Shown one piece after another: positions 6,814 to 15,931 of a stretch of DNA of 39,052 bases. The notes beneath the pieces were generated by a model. It had not been told where the DNA came from and ran no database searches. It saw only the letters and a list, made by a program, of their open reading frames with translations. Within the stretch, counting starts at the first letter, position 1. Each line of letters opens with the position of its first letter. The translations under genes were made by a program, and so were the position numbers. Origin of the DNA: Planctomycetota bacterium (GTDB taxonomy: Bacteria; Planctomycetota; UBA11346); the NCBI GenBank assembly GCA_038231435.1, contig JBBRLJ010000047.1, positions 1-39,052 of the forward strand. Direction: 5' to 3'.

Positions 6814-9552
6814 ATGGCCAAGGCTCCCTCACCGCTCGATACGCCGATGATGCGGCAGTACCTCGAGGTGAAGGCCGAGCGGCCCGATTGCCTGCTGATG
6901 ATGCGCATGGGCGACTTCTTCGAGGCCTTCCTCGACGACGCCGTCGAACTGTCGCGCATCACCGGCGTCGCGCTCACCAGCCGCAACAAGGATTCCGACC
7001 ATCCGATCGCGATGGCGGGCGTGCCGCACTTCAGCTTCCCCGGGCATCTGCCCAAGCTGCTCGCCGCCGGCAAGCGCGTGGCGATCATGGATCAGCTCGA
7101 GGATCCGAAGGAGGCGGCCAAGGATGGGCGCAGCCTGGTGCGGCGCGGGCTGACGCGGGTGATCACCGCGGGCACGCTCATCGACGAGGTTGACGCCGGC
7201 GGCGGCGCCAACCACCTGGTCGCGATCACCGCCAGCGAGGGCGTGATCGGCATCGCCGCGCTCGACGTCTCCACCGGCCGCTTCACCGTCGAGGAAGCGG
7301 GCTCGCCCCCGCAGCTGGCGTTGGCACTGTCGCGCCTGCAGCCATCGGAGGTGGTGGTTCCCGAGGAGCTGCGCGATAGCCCCGAGGCGATGGCCCGCCT
7401 CGCGAACGCCTTCGCCTCGATCGGCGCCAGCGCGCCGATATCCGGCCTGGCGGCGTACGCGTGGAAGGGCGGCGACGCGCGTCGCTTCCTCTGCGAGCGT
7501 CTGAAAGTCGGCTCGCTCGACGGTTTCGGCATCGGCGGCGGCGAGGATCACCTGGCGGCCGCCGCGGCGGCCGCCATGCGCTACGCCGAAGGTGCGCTGC
7601 GCATCGGCGGCGACGGCTCGCTGCGCCTGCACGAGACCATGGACGGCGGCGGCACCGGCGCGCTCGCGCACGTGCGTGCGCTCACCCGCCTGCACCACGC
7701 CGAGCACCTGGTGATCGACGCCAGCTGCCGGCGCAATCTCGACCTGCTGCGCAACAGCCGCGACGGCGGCCGCGACGGCACACTGCTCGGCGCCGTCGAC
7801 CGCACCAAGACCGCGCCGGGCGGACGCCTGCTCGCCGAGTGGCTGTCGCGCCCGCTCGCCCAGGCGGCGGGCATCGGCGCACGCCACGACGCCGTCTCGC
7901 TGCTGGTCGCGGGCGACAGCCTGCGCGCCGATCTGCGCGACCTGCTCGCCGAGGTCTACGATCTTGAGCGCCTGCTGGCGCGCATCGCCACCGCGCGCGG
8001 TAACGCCCGCGACCTGGTGCAGCTCAGGCGCTCGCTCGCCGCCGCCGAACGCGTGCGCGGGAGCATGCGTGGCCAGCCGCTGCCGGCGCTGCTCGCCGAG
8101 GCCGCCGAAGCCCTGGTCCCCGACGCCGCGCTCGCGGTCGAGATTGCGCGCCTGCTGGTCGACGACCCGCCGATCGCGATCGGCGAGGGCGGCATGGTCA
8201 GGGACGGCGCCGACGCCGAGCTCGACGGCCTGCGGGCGATCCGCACCGACGCGGGCGAATGGTTGGCGTCGTACCAGCGCCGCGAGGCCGAGGCCTGCGG
8301 GTTGGCCAAGCTGAAAGTCGGCTACAACAAGGTCTTCGGCTACTACATCGAGATCTCGAAGGCCAATGGCGAGAAGGTGCCGCCGCACTTCGTGCGCAAG
8401 CAGACGCTGGTGGGCGCCGAGCGCTACATCACCCCCGAGCTCAAGGAGTACGAAGACAAGGCGCTCGGCGCCGAGGACCGCATCCGCGCGCGCGAGCTGG
8501 CGCTATTCGGAGCGTTGCGTGACCGCGCCGCCGACGCGGTGGGCGCGCTGCAGCGCTGCGCCACCGCGCTCGCGGTGATCGACGTGGTCGCGGGCCTGGC
8601 CGAGGCCGCGCGCAAGGGCGACTGGTGCCGGCCGGTGGTGGACGACAGCCAGGAGCTGGTGCTCGAGGAATGCCGCCATCCGGTGGTCGAGCAGGTGGTC
8701 GGCCGTGGCTTGTTCGTCGCCAACGATACCGCGCTGCGCGCGGCCTCGAGCGAGCCCCAAGTCCCGCGCCTGGCGGTCATCACCGGGCCCAACATGGCGG
8801 GTAAATCCACCTACATCCGCCAGGTGGCCCTCGCGGTGATCCTCGCCCAGGCGGGCAGCTTCGTGCCAGCGCGCGCCGCGCGCGTCGGCCTGGTTGACCG
8901 CGTCTTCACCCGCGTCGGCGCCGGCGACGAGCTCGCGCGCAACCTCAGCACCTTCATGGTCGAGATGGCCGAGACCGCGGCGATCCTCAACCACGCCACG
9001 CGCCGCAGCTTGGTGGTGCTCGACGAGGTCGGGCGCGGCACCTCGACCTTCGACGGCGTCTCCTTGGCGTGGGCCATCACCGAGCATCTGCACGACCGCA
9101 TCGGCTGCCGCTCGCTGTTCGCGACCCACTACCATGAGCTCGTCGACCTCGCCGCCGACCGTCCCGGCATCGCCAACTTGACTGTCGCCGTCGCCGAGCA
9201 GGACGAGGACGTGGTGTTCCTGCACCGCATCGTCCCCGGCGCCGCGACCAAGAGCTACGGCATCCATGTCGCGCGACTGGCGGGCGTCCCCGCCACGGTG
9301 GTCGCGCGCGCGCGCGAAGTCCTGGCCACGCTCGAACAGCTCAACGTCAGCCTCACCGAGCGCGAACGCCCCGCCGTGCGCACCGACGCCGCCGCCAACG
9401 GCCGGCCCGCGGCGATGCAGTTGACCCTCTTCCAGGCCAACGAGAGCGCGACCCTGCAGCGGCTGAAGGCGCTGGATCTGGATGGTGTCGCGCCGCGGGA
9501 TGCGTTGGCATTGCTGTATGAATTGAAGAAGGCGGCGCAGACGGAGGCCTGA
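6814..9552 (+). CDS. mutS: DNA mismatch repair protein MutS
   Basis: TPMMRQY, MGDFFE (FxE mismatch motif), KVGYNKVFGYYIE, Walker A GPNMAGKST, STFMVEM, DEVGRGT, ATHYHEL, SYGIHVA. Confidence 0.98.
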   Translation: MAKAPSPLDTPMMRQYLEVKAERPDCLLMMRMGDFFEAFLDDAVELSRITGVALTSRNKDSDHPIAMAGVPHFSFPGHLPKLLAAGKRVAIMDQLEDPKEAAKDGRSLVRRGLTRVITAGTLIDEVDAGGGANHLVAITASEGVIGIAALDVSTGRFTVEEAGSPPQLALALSRLQPSEVVVPEELRDSPEAMARLANAFASIGASAPISGLAAYAWKGGDARRFLCERLKVGSLDGFGIGGGEDHLAAAAAAAMRYAEGALRIGGDGSLRLHETMDGGGTGALAHVRALTRLHHAEHLVIDASCRRNLDLLRNSRDGGRDGTLLGAVDRTKTAPGGRLLAEWLSRPLAQAAGIGARHDAVSLLVAGDSLRADLRDLLAEVYDLERLLARIATARGNARDLVQLRRSLAAAERVRGSMRGQPLPALLAEAAEALVPDAALAVEIARLLVDDPPIAIGEGGMVRDGADAELDGLRAIRTDAGEWLASYQRREAEACGLAKLKVGYNKVFGYYIEISKANGEKVPPHFVRKQTLVGAERYITPELKEYEDKALGAEDRIRARELALFGALRDRAADAVGALQRCATALAVIDVVAGLAEAARKGDWCRPVVDDSQELVLEECRHPVVEQVVGRGLFVANDTALRAASSEPQVPRLAVITGPNMAGKSTYIRQVALAVILAQAGSFVPARAARVGLVDRVFTRVGAGDELARNLSTFMVEMAETAAILNHATRRSLVVLDEVGRGTSTFDGVSLAWAITEHLHDRIGCRSLFATHYHELVDLAADRPGIANLTVAVAEQDEDVVFLHRIVPGAATKSYGIHVARLAGVPATVVARAREVLATLEQLNVSLTERERPAVRTDAAANGRPAAMQLTLFQANESATLQRLKALDLDGVAPRDALALLYELKKAAQTEA

Positions 9553-9625
9553 GGGCGGTCGGAATGTTCGGTGTTCGGTCTTCTCTTTCTTCGGGTCTTC
9601 GAGGCTTCTCGCGTCTGGCCTACAC

Positions 9626-9866
9626 GCCTCGTGCTTCTTCGTGTTTGTTCGTTCGGAAGATGACGACGTTGAAGAGGCCGTGACGCTTGGAGGCCCCGAG
9701 GCTGAGAGGCCGACAGCAGAAGACAGGTAGGCACGGTCGTGGTCGGTTTCTCCTGGTAGCGCAATCGTCGCGGACGTGCTCGCAGTCAAGGACGGCGGGC
9801 GGGGCGCCCGCTCGCGGCGGAGCGCCGTTGCCGGGGCGGCCATCCTTGACAGCTGCGCGCGTCCGC
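9626..9866 (+). repeat. Left arm of a long imperfect inverted repeat flanking the four-helix-bundle gene
   Basis: Outer block GCCTCGTGCTTCTTCGTGT...TGACGACG, five GA(G/C)GC-core units at 8-bp period (9674-9710), and an inner palindrome GCGGACG..GTCAAGG..CCTTGAC..CGTCCGC (9770-9866). Confidence 0.85.
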
Positions 9867-9893
9867 GGGCAGAGGCGCAAGGAGAAATCTCAC

Positions 9894-10244
9894 ATGAGGA
9901 CATTCGAGGATCTCGCGATGTAGCAGGTTGCGGCGGAGCTGGTGGAACAGCTATCAAGGGAGCGACAAATACGGCGCTCTGGCGATGGCATTGGGCATCA
10001 GATCCGCGAGGCGGCGGTGTCGATCGCCTCGAATATAGCCGAAGGGCGGGGGCGCGTCGGCGACGCGGAGTTCCACCGCTTCCTCGCCATCGCGCGTGGA
10101 TCGTGCACCGAAGTACAGGCGCAACTGCGACTGGCATTCCGCTGTGGCAACCTCGAACGCGAACGCTTCGAGTCGATGCTCCACCTCGCGCAACGTGTGA
10201 CCTGGATGCTCACCGCCCTGATGAGGCGGCTCGCGCCGCCGTGA
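9894..10244 (+). pseudogene. Four-helix-bundle protein (23S rRNA IVS protein / Avd-like family) with one in-frame TAG
   Basis: AAGGAG RBS, then MRTFEDLAM*QVAAELV...QIREAAVSIASNIAEGRGR...EFHRFLAIARGSCTEVQAQL. The TAG at 9921-9923 sits at the conserved Trp of the family motif FxDLxVWQ; the rest of the frame is intact. Confidence 0.92.
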
Positions 10245-10280
10245 GCGCACCCCTAGTGTGCTCTCCTTCGCCCCCACCCA

Positions 10281-10516
10281 GCGAACGAGCGCAGCGGTCA
10301 AGGTTGGCCGCTTCGGACACCGCGGTTCCTCCGCGGCGGACGGCGCCCCGCCGGCCGACCTTGACGGCGAGCACGTCCGCTACGATCGGCGAATCTCGGA
10401 GAGCATCCCACTTCCGCTCTCTGTCCGAGCTTCTTGCTTCGTGCTTCCAGCTTCCCGCTTCTTCGTCGTCACTACGGATCGGACCGAGACTGAATACTCG
10501 TAGAGGCACTCGAGGC
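10281..10516 (-). repeat. Right arm of the long imperfect inverted repeat
   Basis: The reverse complement reads GCCTCGAGTGCCTCTACGAGT...TGACGACG, then five GAAGC-core units at 7-bp period (10429-10461), then ATCGTAGCGGACGTGCTCGCCGTCAAGG...CCTTGAC, collinear with the left arm. Confidence 0.85.
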
Positions 10517-10578
10517 TCAGAAGCTCAGAAGCTCAGAAGCTCAGAAGCTCAGAAGCTCAGAAGCTCAGAAGCTCAGAA
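10515..10578. repeat. Perfect octamer tandem repeat (GCTCAGAA)x8
   Basis: Read directly; it begins at the outer edge of the right inverted arm. Confidence 0.97.
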
Positions 10579-10599
10579 GAACTTCTCCCCTCCCCCGCA

Positions 10600-11256
10600 C
10601 TACCTGTATTTCCCCACCAACCTCGTCGCCCTCTCCTCCAACCTCTCCAGCTCCTCCGATAATCCCTTCGCCCGCTTCTCCAACTCCGCCGCCGTCGGCT
10701 CCGCCTCCGGATACACGATCGGTTCGCCGTACACCACCGCGAGATGCGCGCGCGGCAGCGGCACGCGGAAGCGGTCCCAGCTCTTCTTCAGGGTCAGCTC
10801 GCGCGTCGCGCGCACCGCGATCGGCACCAAGGGGATGCGGTTGCGTCGGGCCATCTCGAGCGGACCGGTCTTGGCGCGCTTGAAGGGGCCACGGGGGCCA
10901 TCGACGGCGATCGCGAGCTGGTAGCCGTCGCGCAGCGCCTCCATCAATTCCTTGGCCGCGTGCACGCCGCCACGCGCGCTCGAACCGCGCACCGGGCGCA
11001 CGCCGACACGGCGCATGTAATCGGCGATGATCTGGCCGTCGCCGGACAGGCTCGCGAGCGCCGCGACCTTGAAGCCCTGGTGCGGCGCGAGCACGGAGAG
11101 CAGGCTCTGGTGCCAGAGGCAGAACACCGCGGTGCCGGTGGGGCTCAGGCGCGCAGCGCGCATGACATTCGCGGAGCCGTAGAGGTGGAAGCGCAGCGAG
11201 GCGACGAGATTGCTGGCGAGCAGATGGACGAGTTCCGGTGGCGGCCGATAGCCCAT
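10600..11256 (-). CDS. DUF374 / lysophospholipid acyltransferase-family protein
   Basis: FCLWH, ASLSGDG, VRGSSARGG, AVDGPRGP and SWDRFRVPLP are characteristic of DUF374 proteins. Confidence 0.9.
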   Translation of the reverse strand: MGYRPPPELVHLLASNLVASLRFHLYGSANVMRAARLSPTGTAVFCLWHQSLLSVLAPHQGFKVAALASLSGDGQIIADYMRRVGVRPVRGSSARGGVHAAKELMEALRDGYQLAIAVDGPRGPFKRAKTGPLEMARRNRIPLVPIAVRATRELTLKKSWDRFRVPLPRAHLAVVYGEPIVYPEAEPTAAELEKRAKGLSEELERLEERATRLVGKYR

Positions 11257-11437
11257 CAGCGGCCCGACTCTTCCACCATCGGGTCAGCCACCACCGCATC
11301 GACCACCCGCTCGCGCATGCTGGCATTCGACGACCGCCCGGGGCCGCCGGCAACCTGATTCGCGCCCCGAGCCGCCGTCCGACCTCTGCCCAAGCTTGCC
11401 AAAATGGGCGGGCGCCCTAGCCTTCCCCCCGCTTCCC

Positions 11438-11524
11438 GCCCGGGTGGCGGAATTGGCAGACGCACTAGGTTCAGGTCCTAGCGCCCTCAAAAGCGTGCAG
11501 GTTCGAGTCCTGTCCCGGGCACCA
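11438..11524 (+). tRNA. tRNA-Leu (anticodon CAG)
   Basis: GCCCGGG/CCCGGGC acceptor stem, D-arm TGGCGGAATTGGCAGACGC, anticodon arm CTAGG-TTCAGGT-CCTAG, long variable arm, GTTCGAGTC T-loop and encoded CCA. Confidence 0.98.
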
Positions 11525-11527
11525 TAG

Positions 11528-11563
11528 GTCCCCGTAACGACAACGGTTACGGGGACGCTTCTT
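11528..11563 (+). terminator. Probable terminator hairpin after tRNA-Leu
   Basis: Perfect 11-bp stem GTCCCCGTAAC/GTTACGGGGAC followed by a weak T-tract (GCTTCTT). Confidence 0.65.
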
Positions 11564-11651
11564 CCCCACCATACCATGCTTCGACATGTTCGGGCCAACG
11601 GCCTGCGCGGATCGCCGTGCTCCCCTCCAACTGAGTGGACGAGCGGGGAAA

Positions 11652-14600
11652 TCAGGGAGCGGGCAGCAGGTAATCGAGGCGTCCGCCCGCCGAGGCGGCG
11701 ATGGCGCGGATGATCGGCGTCCAGTGCTCGCGGTCCTTCACCAGGCGCTGCGACAGCAGCATGCCCACCGTCTGGCAGATGGCCGGATCGGCGACGCGGC
11801 TCGCGAGCGCCTTGGCGATCTCGTCGTCAGGCGGGCATGCGGGCAGCCAGTTGGTCAGGCAGGCGCGCGTGCCGTCGCGCAGGATGGTGGAGAGGACCGA
11901 CGTCTCGGCGTCGAGCTTGCCGACCAGGTAGCGCTGCGCGACCAGTCCGGCGTCTGATACCGCCGCGGGTGGCAGGGCGTGGACCCTGGCCATGAAATCG
12001 TGTGCCGAGAGGCGATCGTCCTTGAGCGCGCTCGCGGCGCCGACCATCCACAGCATCGGATCCTCGGCCTGCAACGCGTCGCGGTACGGTTGCTCCATCC
12101 CCGCTTCCAACGGCAGGCCGCTGCGCAGCCACGCCGCCTCGATCGCGCCGCCCTTGGCGACGAGGGTGGCGAGCACCGCATCGACCACCGCGGGCGAGGC
12201 CGTGCGCAGACGCCGCACCGATTTGCTGCACGCAAGCACCTGCTCCTGCGTCAACGCGCTCAAGGCGCTCTCGACCGCCGCCGCCTGCTCCGCTCCGTAG
12301 CCCGCCACCGCGTATGGCGCGAGGCGGTCGTCGGCGACCAGCTTGAGCGCCGCGGGCATGGGCAGCGGCCCCAGCTTGCGCAACAGCGTGGTGGTTTCGC
12401 GCATCGAAACGGCCATGGGAAAGGCCAGGATGGCGTCGAGGCGCGGCAGCACCGCGGCGGGCTCGAGGCTGCCGACGTAGGTCATGATCTGCTGGACCTG
12501 CGACCGCTCGGTGCCGGGCTTGAGGAATCCGAGCGCCGTCCCCAGCAGATCGGGATTCGCCGTCTCGGTGAAGCGGATGAATTCGTAGACGTTCAGGTGT
12601 GGCGCGACTGCGACAGCCGTGACGAAGCGCGGGCGAAGGCCAGGACGCAGCGCCGCGAGCGCCCGCCAGAGGACGCCATCGTCGACCCAGGTGTCCTCAG
12701 TGCCTTCCGGCGGATCCGCATCGGCGAGATACGCCGTAAGCAGCGCGATCTGGTGGGGCGTGGCGGCGGCGACGGTGGCGGGAATGGACGGCTGCAGCGA
12801 CGCCAGCAGCGGCGCGAGCCCAGCCACGTCGGCTTCCGACGGGCTATCGACGGGTCCGGTCTTGAGCTTGTACTTGGTGCGGCGTTCGGTGTACGAGCTC
12901 TCGAAGACGATCTTCGTGCCATCCGCCAGGGTGTAGGTGGTCGTCGAGACGTCGTTGCCGAAGGTCGAATCCTGATCCACCGAATCCAGGACCTCGAGCA
13001 GATCCGCGTTCGCGAGCGCCTCCAGGCGGCGATGCTCGAGGCTCGCGAAGCGCATGATCACGGCGAGGAGCGCCTTGTACGCATCGGGTCCGGGAGCAGC
13101 GCCGGCGGCCGCCCGGTCGAGGACGACCTGGACGATGCGGTGCACCGCCTCGGCGTGCATCGGAACGACGTGGATGAGCGCAGCCAGCAGCGGACCCGAC
13201 TCGGCGCCCTGGAGTTGCTCGAGCCGGGCGAGGCCATCGTCGAAGGGCAGCGCGCCCACCATCACCGCGAACGGCAGCGCGTCCGGTAGCGCGCGGGCTC
13301 CCGGCTCGATCAGACGCCCGATGGCGGCGCGCTGATCGGCGTCGGGTTTCTTAGCCTTGCCGCCGTGGCGGCCGGGCATCAGGCCCTTGATGGCTGCGGT
13401 CGCCACCGCCGGGTCGGCATCCTCGATGAGCGACCACAGCACGCCCGACAGCGCGTCGTCGTCCTTGGCGAGATCGACCATCAGCTGCTTGTCGCCGCGT
13501 CCCTTGAGCTTGGCCATGACCGCGTTCTTGCGCTCCGGCTTCTTCGCGACCTTGACCATGGTGCGGGCCGCGGCCCGCGCGACCAGGGCATCGGAATCGT
13601 TCATCAGCGCGTCGATCGCCGCATACACCGACGCATTCAGGATTCCGTCCCCGCCAGAGACCAGCTCAAGCGCCTTGGCACGCCGCTGCGCGGGCTGGCG
13701 CGTATCCTTGGCCAGCTGGACGAGCGCGGGGATGACGGTGCTGATCGCATCGAGATGGCCGAGGGTCTCGATGGCGGCGTCGATGACCATGTCGCTGGGC
13801 GACAGGAGCAGCGCCGCGACATCGTCGGCGAGGACCTTGGCCGAGACGGTCGCGGCGAAGTGCAGCGCCGCGATCTGCTCATCGGGAGACCCCTGGCGGA
13901 TCGAGCGCCGCAGGCGCGTCACCGTTGGCGCCACCGGGAACAGGCTGTGTTGCTCGTCGATGTTCCACTGCGCCGAGAATTCCCGCCGGGAATCGCTCAT
14001 CCGCGTCAGGCGATCCCAGGCCGCCGCGCGCACCACCGGTGCGGCGTCGTCGGCCCAGGTGACGAGATGCTCGATCCCCCGCTCATCCTTCAGCGCCAGC
14101 ACCGCCTCGGCGATCGCGCGCAGCGTCGCCAGACGCGTACGCTCGTCTCCTGCGTCCATGCCGTCGAAGCCGGCGGCGCCGAGCTTGCGGTAGAGCTTCG
14201 GATCGATCGCGCGGGCGAGCAATCGCGCCACGGGAGCGAGCTGTGCGCGACGCGGACGGTCGGCAGCCGCCATGGCCTGTTCGAGCTCCGGGATCGCCGA
14301 CGGGCCGATGCCGAGCAGCGCCTCCAGCGCCTTGTCGTCGGGCAGGTCGGCGACGAAGCCCGCGATCAGCGCCTGGTCTTGGCCCGATGCCGCGGCTGCG
14401 ATCGAGCGCTTGCCCACCTCGTCACGCCAATCCTTCGCCAGCAGCGAGCGATCGCCGGCATAGGCGTCGAGGCTGCGCTGGGTGCGCGTGAGCAGCTCGA
14501 GCGCATGGTGCGCGGCCTCGACGACCGGAGGCTCGGCGCGCTGCACCGCGCCGAGCAGCGGCTCGGACCAGTCGGCGAGCGCGCCGCGGGCGGCGACCAC

Positions 14601-15092
14601 CGCCGCCGCCTCGGCGGCGGTGGTCGGATCGAGCAGGCGCGCGCACAGCCATTCGTGGGTCTCGGGCGCGGCGAGAGCCTTTGGATCGGGGTCGGCCTGG
14701 AGCAGATCGCAGATCAGCGCCGCGTCCTGCAGCATGAGCAGCCGCTTAGCGGTGAGCGTCTTGCCGATCAGCCCCGCCGCGCCGATGCGGCGCGCCTCGT
14801 GGTCGGTGCAGCGCGCGAGCGCCTCGGCGAGCGTATCGGCTGGAATCCCCGCCACTGCGCACAGCCGCGCCGCGCCGCGCCGGCGGTGCTGGTCCGTGTC
14901 GCTCAGCATCTCCATCAGCTCGCCCTGGCGCTCATGCCAGGGCGCGGCCAGCGCCGAGATCTCCGGCGAGCCCGCTGGCAATGCCCACGCCCGTGCGGGA
15001 TCGCTGTCGCCCGCTGCGGCGAGCGCCGCTAGCGTCAACGACAGCGCGGTCCGCAGGCCGACCAGCAGCGATGCTCGCGGCGATATCGTCAC
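11652..15092 (-). CDS. Large exported HEAT/ARM-like helical-repeat protein (~1146 aa)
   Basis: The GTG start overlaps the upstream TGA (GTGA). Signal-peptide-like N-terminus. HEAT-like units such as DDAAPVVRAAAWDRL, DSDALVARAAARTM and DADPAVATAAIKGL. Confidence 0.7.
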   Translation of the reverse strand: MTISPRASLLVGLRTALSLTLAALAAAGDSDPARAWALPAGSPEISALAAPWHERQGELMEMLSDTDQHRRRGAARLCAVAGIPADTLAEALARCTDHEARRIGAAGLIGKTLTAKRLLMLQDAALICDLLQADPDPKALAAPETHEWLCARLLDPTTAAEAAAVVAARGALADWSEPLLGAVQRAEPPVVEAAHHALELLTRTQRSLDAYAGDRSLLAKDWRDEVGKRSIAAAASGQDQALIAGFVADLPDDKALEALLGIGPSAIPELEQAMAAADRPRRAQLAPVARLLARAIDPKLYRKLGAAGFDGMDAGDERTRLATLRAIAEAVLALKDERGIEHLVTWADDAAPVVRAAAWDRLTRMSDSRREFSAQWNIDEQHSLFPVAPTVTRLRRSIRQGSPDEQIAALHFAATVSAKVLADDVAALLLSPSDMVIDAAIETLGHLDAISTVIPALVQLAKDTRQPAQRRAKALELVSGGDGILNASVYAAIDALMNDSDALVARAAARTMVKVAKKPERKNAVMAKLKGRGDKQLMVDLAKDDDALSGVLWSLIEDADPAVATAAIKGLMPGRHGGKAKKPDADQRAAIGRLIEPGARALPDALPFAVMVGALPFDDGLARLEQLQGAESGPLLAALIHVVPMHAEAVHRIVQVVLDRAAAGAAPGPDAYKALLAVIMRFASLEHRRLEALANADLLEVLDSVDQDSTFGNDVSTTTYTLADGTKIVFESSYTERRTKYKLKTGPVDSPSEADVAGLAPLLASLQPSIPATVAAATPHQIALLTAYLADADPPEGTEDTWVDDGVLWRALAALRPGLRPRFVTAVAVAPHLNVYEFIRFTETANPDLLGTALGFLKPGTERSQVQQIMTYVGSLEPAAVLPRLDAILAFPMAVSMRETTTLLRKLGPLPMPAALKLVADDRLAPYAVAGYGAEQAAAVESALSALTQEQVLACSKSVRRLRTASPAVVDAVLATLVAKGGAIEAAWLRSGLPLEAGMEQPYRDALQAEDPMLWMVGAASALKDDRLSAHDFMARVHALPPAAVSDAGLVAQRYLVGKLDAETSVLSTILRDGTRACLTNWLPACPPDDEIAKALASRVADPAICQTVGMLLSQRLVKDREHWTPIIRAIAASAGGRLDYLLPAP

Positions 15093-15931
15093 GGAACCGC
15101 TCCGGTTCCCTGCGTTGCGGAGCGGTGCCACACCGCGGCGGCCTCTGAGCGCTCGGCGGCGGTGGCGAACGGATCGTAGCCGCCATCGCCGCCGAGCTTC
15201 TCGGCCAGCACCGCCGACGCGTCCACGCGGGCGCCGAGCAGCGGGTCCTCGAGCGCCGCCCACAGCTTCTCGTGGATGTCAGGCTTGGCGGCGAGCAGCG
15301 CGCGCACCTCGCGCCGCTGGCGCGGATCGCCGCGTCCGAGCAGCTCGATGAGCTTCTCGGCGCCATCGGCGCGCCGCGCGAGTTCCGCGAGTCGCTCGGT
15401 CGAGGCATGGACAGCGGTGCCCACCTGCTCGTCGCCGTGCAGGATGAGCACGCGCAGCATGGTCACGAAGTCCGTTGCCGGGATGTAGCCCGCGACCGTG
15501 CGCACCACCTGGCGCTTGCGGTTGATGAGCAGGGTGGTGGGGAAACCCTTGATGTCGAACGAGGCGACCATTTCCGGATGCTCGTCGGCGTGCACGCGCA
15601 GGGCGGTGACCTGGCCGAGCGCCTGGCGCACCGCTGCGGTGTCCGCCGATTCGCGCAGCATGCGCTCGCACCACACGCAGCCCGGGCTGGTGAGCAGCAC
15701 CACCACCGGCCGACCGTCGCCATCGGATGCGAGCACCTTCTCCAGGTCCTCGCTCCACGGCGAATTCGCCGCGGCGGGATCCTTGGCCGCGTGCTGCTCG
15801 GGCGCTGGCTGCTGAGGCGCGGGAACGACCGGGGGCGCGGGCTCCTCGGCCGCGCCGAGGACGGGGCCAGCGCCGACGGAGAGCACGGTCAGCACGATGC
15901 ACGCGAGCAGGGACAGATCAGCGCGCGTCAT
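15089..15931 (-). CDS. Exported thioredoxin-fold protein (CVWC) with helical C-terminal extension
   Basis: Signal peptide, RPVVVLLTSPGCVWC, cis-Pro loop GFPTTLL and GYIPATDF. Confidence 0.88.
   Translation of the reverse strand: MTRADLSLLACIVLTVLSVGAGPVLGAAEEPAPPVVPAPQQPAPEQHAAKDPAAANSPWSEDLEKVLASDGDGRPVVVLLTSPGCVWCERMLRESADTAAVRQALGQVTALRVHADEHPEMVASFDIKGFPTTLLINRKRQVVRTVAGYIPATDFVTMLRVLILHGDEQVGTAVHASTERLAELARRADGAEKLIELLGRGDPRQRREVRALLAAKPDIHEKLWAALEDPLLGARVDASAVLAEKLGGDGGYDPFATAAERSEAAAVWHRSATQGTGAVP

Noticed and set aside
9921..9923. Amber reassignment or pyrrolysine read-through
   Set aside because: TAG is the normal stop of PhyH, DUF374, BI-1 and SGNH here, and the aligned residue is Trp, one substitution away.
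9894..10244. Diversity-generating retroelement (Avd-like gene)
   Set aside because: No reverse transcriptase and no TR/VR pair differing at adenines was seen in the window.
11438..11651. Genomic island integrated at tRNA-Leu
   Set aside because: No integrase, no duplicated tRNA 3' end noticed, and no obvious compositional shift in the downstream operon.
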